A program made the position numbers and the translations under genes. The notes under the pieces were generated by a model, which had not been told where the DNA came from, made no database searches, and saw only the letters and a program-made list of their open reading frames with translations. From contig CAZYBU010000004.1 in assembly GCA_964645775.1 (NCBI GenBank), positions 17,805 to 81,804 on the forward strand: DNA of 64,000 nucleotides. The letters run 5' to 3'. This stretch comes from an uncultured Leptospirales bacterium. GTDB taxonomy: Bacteria > Spirochaetota > UBA4802 > UBA5550. Each line of letters begins with the position of its first letter. The stretch's first letter is position 1. Shown here one piece after another: positions 37,883-49,993 of this stretch.

Positions 37883-38584
37883 TCAAGAAGTAAAACGATC
37901 CTGTAGTTCCTTCTGGTGCTCCATAATCTCCTCTTCAAAAGGCGCCATTTCCCTTGCTTTCTCCAGAACCTTTTTCGCGTTCTCGTAATCTTTCCGTTTC
38001 AGCAAAATATATCCGAGAGTGTCAAGGTAAGCGGGATTAGCCGGATTATTCTTAAGGACCCGCTTAATAAGGTCCTGTGACTCAACGGTCTCTCCCTTCT
38101 CGCTTGCAAGAAGGTACGCAAGCGAATTAGCAGCGGTTGCGTTATCAGGCTCCCTGACCAGTATTCGCCGATACTGATCAATGGCTTCATCAATCTTTTT
38201 CTGCTGGTACAGACCATAAGCCTTGAGGTTACGTGCCGCTCGATGGGTCCTATCCACGGAAAGCACCTGGTCCAGATGTTCTTCCGCGGTATCGTATTCT
38301 CCCAGGTGAATCAGCGTCAGGGACAGGACAGTTCGGACCGTGAGGTCTTCCACGAAATCAAAAGGGAGGCCCAGTACCCGGTAGAGATACTCCCGGGCCG
38401 ATTTGTAAAGTCCAAGACGACTGTACGCAAGTCCCAAATTATAGAGTGTCTCCGGGTTCTGCGAATCAAGGACTTCGGCCGACTTCAGGTCCCGTATCGC
38501 TTCCGTATAATCTCCTGTAAGATAGTTCTGGAGACCGGAATCCAGAAGGCTTCTCAGTTTATTTACTCGTTCTTTTTCATCCAT
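37883..38584 (-). CDS. Tetratricopeptide repeat protein
   Basis: LYNLGLAY, NSLAYLLA, AYLDTLGY. Confidence 0.9.
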   Translation of the reverse strand: MDEKERVNKLRSLLDSGLQNYLTGDYTEAIRDLKSAEVLDSQNPETLYNLGLAYSRLGLYKSAREYLYRVLGLPFDFVEDLTVRTVLSLTLIHLGEYDTAEEHLDQVLSVDRTHRAARNLKAYGLYQQKKIDEAIDQYRRILVREPDNATAANSLAYLLASEKGETVESQDLIKRVLKNNPANPAYLDTLGYILLKRKDYENAKKVLEKAREMAPFEEEIMEHQKELQDRFTS

Positions 38585-39327
38585 GAGCGGCTTTTCCCGG
38601 TAAGGGTATCCAGAAGAGCATAATCCGTACAGTCCACCATCATGGGAGTAATTGAGACACCTCCCTTTTCAATAACAGTCACATCTGTCCCCTGAGAATG
38701 TATGGATATGGGTTTTCCGTTCAGGGTCATGGTTATATCACCGTTTGCCCTGTCACTTCGGAGGTAGGAATCGACGTATTTACGGTGTCCAATCCCTGTA
38801 AATTCCACAAAGGAATATTCGGAGGCGGGAACATCAGGAAAATTAATATTAAAGAGAAATGGTTTCTCAGCTTCCCGGCAATACTTATCGATAAAGGAGA
38901 GAATAAACTCCGATGCGTCATCGAAATTTTTTGATGGTGCATGATAACTATCAAGCGAGACAGCCAGTCCACTTACCCCGAAGATATAAGCCGTTCGAGC
39001 ACCGGCAACTGTACCGGAAAAGAAGATATCATCCCCGATATTCAGTCCATGATTGATACCTGAAACAACCAAGTCAATATCCGGAATAACATCTCCCTGA
39101 ATTCCGATATTGACACAATCCGCCGGATATCCGTCCACCTGGTAATGACGGTTATCATCCCGTGATTGTACCGTCAGCGGACGTCTTACCGTAATGGCGT
39201 TTGAACATGCGCTCTGTTCGCCTGAAGGCGCAATGACGTATACATCATGCTCGCTGGTGAGGACCTTTTTCAGGGAAGCTATACCTTCTGCGTTTATCCC
39301 ATCATCATTTGTGAGCAAGATCTTCAT
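38563..39327 (-). CDS. surE: 5'/3'-nucleotidase SurE
   Basis: ILLTNDDG, GYPADC, VSGINHG, SGTVAGA, SITP. Confidence 0.96.
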   Translation of the reverse strand: MKILLTNDDGINAEGIASLKKVLTSEHDVYVIAPSGEQSACSNAITVRRPLTVQSRDDNRHYQVDGYPADCVNIGIQGDVIPDIDLVVSGINHGLNIGDDIFFSGTVAGARTAYIFGVSGLAVSLDSYHAPSKNFDDASEFILSFIDKYCREAEKPFLFNINFPDVPASEYSFVEFTGIGHRKYVDSYLRSDRANGDITMTLNGKPISIHSQGTDVTVIEKGGVSITPMMVDCTDYALLDTLTGKSRSWMKKNE

Positions 39328-39529
39328 GTATTTATCTCCATGATTCGATATTTCCCGGTTAGTACAGAAAGGGTCAATAAATAATTATCCAAAACAGAAC
39401 GTATGATCTGGCTGTTTACTGATAATTGACATTTGAATGACCCGTTGGATTAATCTAACCCTGTTGACAATATGGATGCTTCATTTTTACTTGAATTTAT
39501 AGAGATAATAATGAAGCAGGGAGCGGCCT

Positions 39530-40243
39530 ATGAACCTCTGTGTTGCCTGTATTACGGATAGACCCATCGACATTGAGCCTTTTATCGAAAGACTGGAACC
39601 CTTTTTTTCAGGTGAGATTTGTATTATTGCGGATGGAGATGAAGCGTCGGTCACCGTTCCGAATGAAAATCCCTTTTCTGTTACCGTTATTCATCATGAC
39701 TCACCTCTGGGATACGGGTCTTCTCTCTCTTCAGCACTGACCCTTGCCAGAGACCGGGGATACTCTCATCTTATTACCCTTGCCGACAATGATCTTGATC
39801 ACTTCAAGATTATGCCGGAGATGATTGAAAACCTTTCCTATGGCTATGACCTTGTAATAGCCAGCCGGATTCTTGAAAACACTGCCTTCACACAGATAGG
39901 AGAAGCGATCCTCCGGGAAAGGGAGACCATTGCATCCCTGGTCCATGATTATACGGGATTTGAACTGACAGATCCCCTCTCCCAGATCAACGGATTCAAG
40001 GTGGAATCGACTGAGAATATGGAGCTGGTTGAATCCAGCCGTGGAATTCATATTCAGATAATCCTCCAGGCTGTATATACGGGCATGACTATTCAGGAGA
40101 TACCTCTCGGTTCTCTTCTTGATTTTGGACAACCTCTCGATGAAAAGGGGATGGATTTTGAATCTCTTCACGCACTGGCAGAAACAGAGCGATACCTCTA
40201 TAAAGAGGGTATAGTTCACGGGGAGAATTCAGATATTTCTTAA
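39530..40243 (+). CDS. Divergent glycosyltransferase family 2-like protein
   Basis: IIADG, GYGSSL, YDLVIASR, LTDPLS.INGFK, IQEIP resemble DPM-synthase-like GT2; DxD motif degenerate. Confidence 0.7.
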   Translation: MNLCVACITDRPIDIEPFIERLEPFFSGEICIIADGDEASVTVPNENPFSVTVIHHDSPLGYGSSLSSALTLARDRGYSHLITLADNDLDHFKIMPEMIENLSYGYDLVIASRILENTAFTQIGEAILRERETIASLVHDYTGFELTDPLSQINGFKVESTENMELVESSRGIHIQIILQAVYTGMTIQEIPLGSLLDFGQPLDEKGMDFESLHALAETERYLYKEGIVHGENSDIS

Positions 40244-40299
40244 TTGACAAAGAGACATGGATTTGAAAAATCGGTTGCATTTATCATCAGGAATCATCC

Positions 40300-41994
40300 A
40301 TGTCTGAAAGACCTGTAATTATCCAGAGCGACAACACCCTTCTTGTTGAAGTTAACAATCCGGATTTCGAAAATGCGAGAGATGCCATATCTCCATTCGC
40401 AGAACTTGAGAAGAGCCCGGAGCATATCCACACTTACCGCATTACCCCTCTCTCCCTCTGGAACGCGGCCGCCTCCGGCATGACCTATAACACGATTCTG
40501 GAACGCCTGAACCAGTATTCCAGGTACGACATCCCGGATATTGTCATTACGACCATACAGGAACAGATGCAGAGGTACGGTCTGATCAAACTGTTTCGTA
40601 AGGGAGAAAACCTGATCCTGGAATGTAATGACCCAATCCTGCTTCGTGAGATTCTTAATGACCGTAAAGTCAGTCAATTTATCGATGATCAGATCGACAA
40701 AACATCCGCGCGGGTATTACCCAATTACAGGGGGCATATCAAACAGGCCCTGATTAAGATAGGGTTTCCCGTGGAAGATCTCGCCGGTTACGAAAAGGGA
40801 GATCCTTTCCCCCTGGAGCTTTCCGAAACTACATCTCAGGGGCACTCTTTCCATATACGCGATTATCAGCAAAGCGCAATCAGGGCTTTCTACAGGGGTG
40901 GTGGTCCGGAAGGAGGCAGCGGAGTCATCGTTCTACCCTGCGGCGCCGGAAAAACCATCGTGGCCATAGGAATCATGGAGTTCATGCAATCGGAGACACT
41001 GATACTGGTGACCAACACTGTTGCCCTCCGTCAGTGGAAGCAGGAACTTTTGGATAAAACCGACATCAACGAAGAACAAATAGGCGAATTTTCCGGTGAC
41101 CGTAAGGAGATCCGGTCCATTACCATAGCGACCTATAACATTCTTACGTATCGCAAGAATAAAAAAGAAGATTTCACTCACTTTGACATATTCCAGAAGA
41201 AGAACTGGGGACTCATCATATACGACGAGGTTCATCTGCTTCCTGCGCCTGTTTTCAGGATGACATCAGAGATCCAGTCTAAACGAAGACTCGGTCTTAC
41301 GGCGACTCTTATCCGTGAAGATGGCCTGGAAACCGATGTTTTCAGTCTCATAGGTCCGAAGAAGTTCGACATGCCCTGGAAGGCCCTGGAGAAATCACAG
41401 TGGATCGCGGAAGCCATCTGCACGGAGGTACGGGTGGCACTTCCGGATGACCTCAGGTATCAGTATTCCGTTGCCCGGGACAGGGACAAATTCAGGATCG
41501 CTTCAGAAAACCGCCGTAAGATGGATTTTGTCCGAAAAATCATCAAACGTCACTCCAGCGGGAACATACTGATCATAGGACAATATATCTCCCAGCTGGA
41601 GGAATTTCAGCGGGAATTTTCCTTTCCCATGATAACGGGAAGCACACCTGTTAATGAACGGGAAGAACTTTACAACAGGTTCCGTAACGGGGAGATTACC
41701 TCACTAATTGTTTCAAAAGTTGCAAATTTTTCCATTGACCTCCCGGACGCCAATGTAGCTATCCAGATTTCCGGAACCTTCGGTTCCCGCCAGGAAGAAG
41801 CCCAGCGTCTTGGACGGATTCTGCGACCGAAGGAAGACGACAACTCTGCCCGCTTTTATACCATCGTAACAGCCAATACCGTGGAAGAGAAGTTCTCCCA
41901 TAACCGGCAACTTTTCCTTACAGAACAGGGGTACACCTACATTATTCTGAATGAAGATATGTTCGAGGACGCCTGCCAGGGAGGAAACCTCTAA
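40300..41994 (+). CDS. DNA repair helicase XPB
   Basis: IIQSDNTLLVE, ELEKSPEHIHTYRIT, LPCGAGKT, YDEVH, GLTAT, QEEAQRLGRILR. Confidence 0.95.
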   Translation: MSERPVIIQSDNTLLVEVNNPDFENARDAISPFAELEKSPEHIHTYRITPLSLWNAAASGMTYNTILERLNQYSRYDIPDIVITTIQEQMQRYGLIKLFRKGENLILECNDPILLREILNDRKVSQFIDDQIDKTSARVLPNYRGHIKQALIKIGFPVEDLAGYEKGDPFPLELSETTSQGHSFHIRDYQQSAIRAFYRGGGPEGGSGVIVLPCGAGKTIVAIGIMEFMQSETLILVTNTVALRQWKQELLDKTDINEEQIGEFSGDRKEIRSITIATYNILTYRKNKKEDFTHFDIFQKKNWGLIIYDEVHLLPAPVFRMTSEIQSKRRLGLTATLIREDGLETDVFSLIGPKKFDMPWKALEKSQWIAEAICTEVRVALPDDLRYQYSVARDRDKFRIASENRRKMDFVRKIIKRHSSGNILIIGQYISQLEEFQREFSFPMITGSTPVNEREELYNRFRNGEITSLIVSKVANFSIDLPDANVAIQISGTFGSRQEEAQRLGRILRPKEDDNSARFYTIVTANTVEEKFSHNRQLFLTEQGYTYIILNEDMFEDACQGGNL

Positions 41995-43934
41995 TGAGAA
42001 GAACAATCACGAATCATTTTTTTCCGGTCATTATGCTTTTTCTCCTGCCCCTGTTTCTTATCACTCTCCCATCCTGCACCGGCGAGGCTCATTCGCCTTC
42101 AGGGAATCTGATTATCGATTCTTCAGGACAAGTTCTTCTGGAAGGAGATGCCGGAGGTACCCGAAGGTTCGACAAAGGTTTGCCGGATGAGTACACAGCC
42201 CGTCTTCTTGCAGGCAGGCAGGATACCCGTATCTGCGCCCTTGAAAAAAAGGGTGTTTATGTACAGAGAGATGGAGAGTGGAAATCCATTTCTCACTCCC
42301 TTTTCAGAGTCCGTTCAAACTATGAGAATACACGTCGGAAATACAGGCCGGTATCAGCCCTGGCTGTTGATGAAAACAATATGGGAAGAATTATGCTGGC
42401 CACCAAACACGACCTCTACAGAAGTAAAGACTTGGGCCAAAACTGGGAAAGGATTTCTCCCAGAGGTTTAACCAGAAAAACCTATATTACTTCCCTTGCT
42501 TATTCAGGTGAAGATGTCTGGATCGGTACCGCCTACCGGGGAGTCTTCAGGGGAAAGAACAATCGTTTTTATCCTGTCAGGCGGGGCCTGCCTGGCAGAT
42601 ACTATTCCCGTGAAGTGGTCTTCCATGAAACAATTGAATCCCTGGCCGAAACAGGCAAGGATCGGTATCCCATGGCGGCTGGTCTCGCCTTTGGAGGTGG
42701 AGTTTTCCTTCTTGATGAGAAATCAGAAAAATGGATAAAAGTTAAAGGGGAACCCGCTCAATACAGTCATGTCGCTCTGTCCCACGATTCCGATGAACTC
42801 TATGTATCCCTTGATTCCTCTCTTTTTCGCCTTAATGACGACCTTTCACTTGAAAAGGTTAAAGATATGAAAGGTAAAAAGGGGAACTTCCGTCTCGTAT
42901 CCTTACCGGGTGGATCTACAATTGCGGTCAGGAACGCTTTTGCAGGCTCTCCCGATTTTAAAGGAAATCAGGCCGCAAATCGAAGGGCGATATATACCAA
43001 CGTCTCTGTTATTAATAGAAAATTTGATTACGTCATTAAAACACTTAAGTCGATAGATGGTAATGCTGTTGTAATCGACATGAAAGACGATACGGGATAT
43101 CTCTATTATTCAACGAAACTGAAGCTCGCCAGGGACATCGGCGCCATACGATCCCCTTTGCCGGTTAAGGAAATACTGAAAAAGCTGCATGATCATGACA
43201 TTTATACCATAGCCCGTGTCGTTGTATTCAAGGATCGCCAGCTTTACCGGGCGTGGAACTATAAATACGCCATCCGTAACAGGAACACGGGTGGTCCCTG
43301 GAAAGGCCTCGAGCATGAATACTGGGTCGATCCACATTCCCCTGAAGTACAGAAATACAATGTTAGCGTGGCCAGAGAACTGGAAGAGCTTGGCTTTGAT
43401 GAGATACAGTTCGATTATATCCGGTTTCCCAATGATGGTCCCATATGGCTCTGCCGTTTTCCTTATCGAAAAGAGCATGATACCTACCGGTCCGAGGCCC
43501 TTATCGACTTTCTGGAAAGGGCCAAAGACCATCTTGAGATTCCGGTATCCGTGGATATTTACGGATTCAATTCATGGTATAACTTCGGGAACTGGATCGG
43601 GCAGGACATTGAGGCTTTCTCCCGCGTGGTGGATGCCATCTGTCCCATGGTCTATCCTTCTCACTTCGGGACCACTTTCTACGTTGATGGAGACTGGAAA
43701 ACCCGATCATATCGCCTCATCCGGGACGGAGGTATTCGTGGCCGCTATCTTTCCCGGGACCGGGTACCCATTCGCCCCTATCTTCAGTCTTTCAAGCTCC
43801 TTTCACCTACCTATGGTCCCGGATACATCAAGAACCAGGTAAAGGGCGCCCTGGAAAGCGGTTGCAGCGGATACACCTTCTGGAACGCCGGGGGCAATTA
43901 CGGCATGCTTCTCAGGGCCCTATCACGGCCCTGA
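41994..43934 (+). CDS. Lipoprotein, putative glycoside hydrolase (DUF4015-like) with N-terminal beta-propeller-like region
   Basis: Lipobox ...LITLPSC; YRSKDLGQNW; VIDMKDD, IARVVVFKD, FDEIQFDYIRFP, PMVYPSH. Confidence 0.85.
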   Translation: MRRTITNHFFPVIMLFLLPLFLITLPSCTGEAHSPSGNLIIDSSGQVLLEGDAGGTRRFDKGLPDEYTARLLAGRQDTRICALEKKGVYVQRDGEWKSISHSLFRVRSNYENTRRKYRPVSALAVDENNMGRIMLATKHDLYRSKDLGQNWERISPRGLTRKTYITSLAYSGEDVWIGTAYRGVFRGKNNRFYPVRRGLPGRYYSREVVFHETIESLAETGKDRYPMAAGLAFGGGVFLLDEKSEKWIKVKGEPAQYSHVALSHDSDELYVSLDSSLFRLNDDLSLEKVKDMKGKKGNFRLVSLPGGSTIAVRNAFAGSPDFKGNQAANRRAIYTNVSVINRKFDYVIKTLKSIDGNAVVIDMKDDTGYLYYSTKLKLARDIGAIRSPLPVKEILKKLHDHDIYTIARVVVFKDRQLYRAWNYKYAIRNRNTGGPWKGLEHEYWVDPHSPEVQKYNVSVARELEELGFDEIQFDYIRFPNDGPIWLCRFPYRKEHDTYRSEALIDFLERAKDHLEIPVSVDIYGFNSWYNFGNWIGQDIEAFSRVVDAICPMVYPSHFGTTFYVDGDWKTRSYRLIRDGGIRGRYLSRDRVPIRPYLQSFKLLSPTYGPGYIKNQVKGALESGCSGYTFWNAGGNYGMLLRALSRP

Positions 43935-46394
43935 CAACGGATCCTCCACGGAAAGAACGGCAAAGTCAGATACCTCATCCTCTTCACCTACATTCAGGAG
44001 GCGGACCCCGGCCGTGATTCTTCCCTGGGTCGAGATGTCGCCGGCCAAAAGACGGATCGTCATACCGCTTTTGGAGGTAATGATTATTTCATCATTATCG
44101 AATACGGAACGTACTCCCTTGGCAGGACCATTTTTACTGGATATCTTGATATAGGTCATCCCCTTACCACCCCTTCCCTTGGTGGAAAAATTTTGGTAAT
44201 TAATCCTTTTACCAAAACCTTTTTTTGTTATTACGAACAGGGATGAATTTTTCATGACAACATCAAGATCAACGATCTCATCATCCGCATCAAGACGCAT
44301 ACCTATGATCCCTGAAGCGGCTCTTCCCATGGAACGCATCTTTTCCAGATTTGTCCGTAGAATAAGACCTTTCATGGAAGCAAGAACCACATCATCGTCC
44401 TTCTTCACAAGGCGTACATCCACGAGCTCATCGTCTTTCTTAAGGCTGATAGCGATTATTCCGCCCTTTCTCGCGTTTCCAAAATCCCCAATGACGGTTT
44501 TTTTAAGGATACCTTTTTTTGTCACCATACAAAGATAGAGCTCTTCTTCGAAACTGACAGTGGAGCATATGGCAGTTATACGTTCACCACTTGCCAGATT
44601 AATTATCCCCTTCAGCGATTTTCCCCTGCTGTTTTTCGTTGCCTGCGGAATCTCGTAAGCCTTCAGGGCAAACAGTTTACCTTTATTTGAAAAGAGTAGG
44701 ATTATATCATGAGTAGAGGCAATGGTCATCATACGGATAAAGTCTTCTTTCTTCGAGCTGAATCCTGTGACACCTTTCCCCCCCCTTCTCTGCTTCTTGA
44801 AACTATCTACCGGTAATCGTCTGATAAAACCATCGTTCGTTATGGAGATAACCATATCCTCTTCAGCGATGAGGTCTTCCATTTCAAAATCCGTGGATGT
44901 CTCGCCACCTTTAACAATTTCGGTTTTGCGTTCCGTGTTGTATTTTTTCTTAACATCTATCAGCTCATCCTGCACTATACCGAGTATCTTCTTTTCGCTG
45001 GCCAGGATAGCCTTAAGCTCTTTAATGCGCTTTTTGAGTTCCTTCAGTTCATCGACTATCTTTTGTACCTCAAGACTTGTAAGTCTCTGCAGTCTCATTT
45101 CCAAAATCGCCTTTGCCTGAATTTCAGTAAGCTCAAAGGTCTTCATCAGTTTATCGCCTGCTTCAGAGGCGTCTTTTGATGCCCGGATAATGGCGATAAC
45201 CTCATCAATATTATCCAGGGCAATTTTAAGTCCTTCCAGGATGTGTGCCCGTTCTTCTGCCTTCCTGAGTTCAAACCGGGTCCTTCTGGTTATTACATTC
45301 TTTCTGTGATCAACATAATGCTGGATAAGACCCTTAAGATCGAGTATTCGAGGAACTGAATCTACCAGCGAAAGAAGAATAACCCCGTAGGAAGTCTGAA
45401 CAGAAGTATGTTTATATAGCTGGTTGATTATAATGTTTGCGTTAGCATCTTTTTTAAGTCCGATAACAATTCTCAGACCACTTCTGTCCGATTCATCCCT
45501 CAGTTCAGAAATCCCCTCTATCATCTTGTTATTAACAAGATCAGCTATACGGGCGATAAGGGAAGCTTTGTTTACCTGGTAAGGTATCTCATTGATAATG
45601 ATCTGATCTTTTCCCCGAAGTCCTTCTTCAATTTCTATCTTACCCCGTACAGTTATACTACCCCGACCGGTGGTATAAGCCTTGATTATTCCCTCGGTCC
45701 CCATAATAGAAGCTCCAGTTGGAAAATCAGGACCCTTGATATGTTTCATAAGCTGGCGGACCTTGATAGAAGGGTCTTCAATATACGCGATAACACCGTC
45801 AATTACCTCTCCGAGATTGTGAGGTGGAATCTTGGTAGCCATTCCCACGGCAATACCATCCGATCCATTAACGAGCAAATTCGGAATAGCCGCCGGAAGA
45901 ACCTGAGGTTCTTTTCTGGTATCATCAAAATTCGATAGGAAATCGACGGTCTCTTTATCAATATCACGTAGAAGTTCTTCTGCCGCTTTGTCAAGACGCG
46001 CCTCGGTATACCTGTACGCTGCAGGCGGGTCCCCGTCCACAGAGCCAAAATTTCCCTGGCCATCTATAAGAGGAACACGGAGTGAAAACTCCTGGGCCAT
46101 ACGCACCATGGTATCGTAAACAGCGCTATCTCCGTGAGGATGAAAGTTACCAATAACCTCACCTACGATCTTGGCTGATTTTACATAGGGACGGTCACTT
46201 CTCCAGGCACGCTCATTCATGGCATGAAGAATCCGTCTATGAACAGGTTTCAGTCCATCCCGAACATCAGGAAGAGCTCGACCTACGATTACACTCATCG
46301 CATAATCCAGGTAAGCTCCTTTCATCTGGTCTTCAATTTCAACATCAATAATACGGTCCGCGATTTTGTTAGCAGGGATTTTCTTTTTTGGCAC
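43923..46394 (-). CDS. gyrA: DNA gyrase subunit A
   Basis: YLDYAMSVI, HPHGDSAVY, AAYRYTEAR, GyrA-box QRRGGKG. Confidence 0.98.
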   Translation of the reverse strand: MPKKKIPANKIADRIIDVEIEDQMKGAYLDYAMSVIVGRALPDVRDGLKPVHRRILHAMNERAWRSDRPYVKSAKIVGEVIGNFHPHGDSAVYDTMVRMAQEFSLRVPLIDGQGNFGSVDGDPPAAYRYTEARLDKAAEELLRDIDKETVDFLSNFDDTRKEPQVLPAAIPNLLVNGSDGIAVGMATKIPPHNLGEVIDGVIAYIEDPSIKVRQLMKHIKGPDFPTGASIMGTEGIIKAYTTGRGSITVRGKIEIEEGLRGKDQIIINEIPYQVNKASLIARIADLVNNKMIEGISELRDESDRSGLRIVIGLKKDANANIIINQLYKHTSVQTSYGVILLSLVDSVPRILDLKGLIQHYVDHRKNVITRRTRFELRKAEERAHILEGLKIALDNIDEVIAIIRASKDASEAGDKLMKTFELTEIQAKAILEMRLQRLTSLEVQKIVDELKELKKRIKELKAILASEKKILGIVQDELIDVKKKYNTERKTEIVKGGETSTDFEMEDLIAEEDMVISITNDGFIRRLPVDSFKKQRRGGKGVTGFSSKKEDFIRMMTIASTHDIILLFSNKGKLFALKAYEIPQATKNSRGKSLKGIINLASGERITAICSTVSFEEELYLCMVTKKGILKKTVIGDFGNARKGGIIAISLKKDDELVDVRLVKKDDDVVLASMKGLILRTNLEKMRSMGRAASGIIGMRLDADDEIVDLDVVMKNSSLFVITKKGFGKRINYQNFSTKGRGGKGMTYIKISSKNGPAKGVRSVFDNDEIIITSKSGMTIRLLAGDISTQGRITAGVRLLNVGEEDEVSDFAVLSVEDPLSGP

Positions 46395-46413
46395 GGTTTA
46401 CTACTCCATCATA

Positions 46414-48544
<2,131 letters not shown>

Positions 48545-48545
<1 letters not shown>

Positions 48546-48877
48546 TACTTTTTTCTTTTACCTTTTATATTAACCCGGATTCCTTTTATACTTTTTCCGG
48601 GAAATTGCTTTTTTATTACATCAATAATACTGTCTTTCATAAGCATTATCTCATTAGAATAAACCTGGTGATCAGTTATTACATGAAGATAACCATGAGA
48701 CACTTTTTCAGGCTTACTATGCGTTGATATTATGTCGCCTGTGATGGTTCGCCATCTTCCCTTCAATGATTCAATGAAAAGGGAATCATCAAGCTCAAGA
48801 TCCCTTGTCACTTCCGGAAGAATCTGAGAAAAGGACCGCAATGATCCCTTTCTAGTACGACCTAACCTGAATTTCAT
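48545..48877 (-). CDS. DUF721/DciA family helicase-loading protein
   Basis: W..ITGDIISTHSKPEKV..GYLHVIT; located downstream of recF. Confidence 0.82.
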
Positions 48878-49983
48878 ATTTTTTTCACACCCCGCAGGCT
48901 ATCAACAATAAAACATCTCTCTCCTGAAAAATTGATTCCTCCAACGGTATCTCTGTCAACCATGGTCATGAGGACCTGGTTTTTCTTTCCTATCCCCTTT
49001 ATGAGATTCTTTCTCCTCTTCATATCAAGTTCAGAAAAAATATCATCCACAAGAATAACCACTTTTCTTCCGCTATTCCGTTCAACAATCTGCATTTCAG
49101 TCATTTTCAATGCCAGTGCAGCAGTTCGAATCTGCCCCTGAGATGCAGCTGCCGTATAATCTTTACCCATGGAATTAACAATTCGTATGCCATCCCTGTG
49201 AATACCACGAGTTGTTGTCCCAGCATATATGTCACGTTCCCGTGTTTTTAGTAAGACTTCCATAATCGCATAACTATCATCAGCATATATATTTCTGCTA
49301 TACTCAATTGACGGTTCTTCCTGTTCTCCCGAGATAATAGAGCATTGTTCCATGAAAAGAGGATTAAATTCATTAAGGAAAAAAGTCCTGGTTGCAGTAA
49401 TATTTCGTCCCCTCTCAGCCAGCATCTCATCCCAGATATCCAGTTCACCATTTTTTCTAATACCATCCCGAATATCTTTCAGAATAGTGTTTCTGGAATG
49501 AAGAATTCGCCTGTAATCGCTCAAATAAGAGATATAATCACTGTCATATTTCGATATTGCACTATCAAAAAAGTTTCTTCTCAATTCCGGAGGACCGGTA
49601 ACTATCTCATAATCCCCGGGATGAATAACGACCGTGAGAAATCTTCCGTAGTATTCCCTGATAGGTGAAATCTCCCTGTCGTTGACCTTCACCTTTCGGC
49701 GTCTATCCCCATCCTGCAGACTCCACCCAACACTGTATGTATCGTTCTTCCCATCCTCTTCGACCTGGCCATGTAGATAATACCAATCCTTCTCCCACTG
49801 AACGAGTGAACTATCCGATACTCTGCGAAATGATCGTATACCTGATAAAACAGCGACCCCCTCGAGAATACCAGTCTTGCCACTCCCGTTATCACCTGTA
49901 AGGATATTTATTCCATCAGAAAACTTCAGGTCGGTGTTCACATGGTTTCGAAAATTTTTCAGAATAATTTCATTGAGGACCAT
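48874..49983 (-). CDS. recF: DNA replication and repair protein RecF
   Basis: NFRN, GDNGSGKT, PELRRNFFD, SQGQ, LVDDIFSELD. Confidence 0.95.
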   Translation of the reverse strand: MVLNEIILKNFRNHVNTDLKFSDGINILTGDNGSGKTGILEGVAVLSGIRSFRRVSDSSLVQWEKDWYYLHGQVEEDGKNDTYSVGWSLQDGDRRRKVKVNDREISPIREYYGRFLTVVIHPGDYEIVTGPPELRRNFFDSAISKYDSDYISYLSDYRRILHSRNTILKDIRDGIRKNGELDIWDEMLAERGRNITATRTFFLNEFNPLFMEQCSIISGEQEEPSIEYSRNIYADDSYAIMEVLLKTRERDIYAGTTTRGIHRDGIRIVNSMGKDYTAAASQGQIRTAALALKMTEMQIVERNSGRKVVILVDDIFSELDMKRRKNLIKGIGKKNQVLMTMVDRDTVGGINFSGERCFIVDSLRGVKKI

Positions 49984-49993
49984 TAGGAACTTA

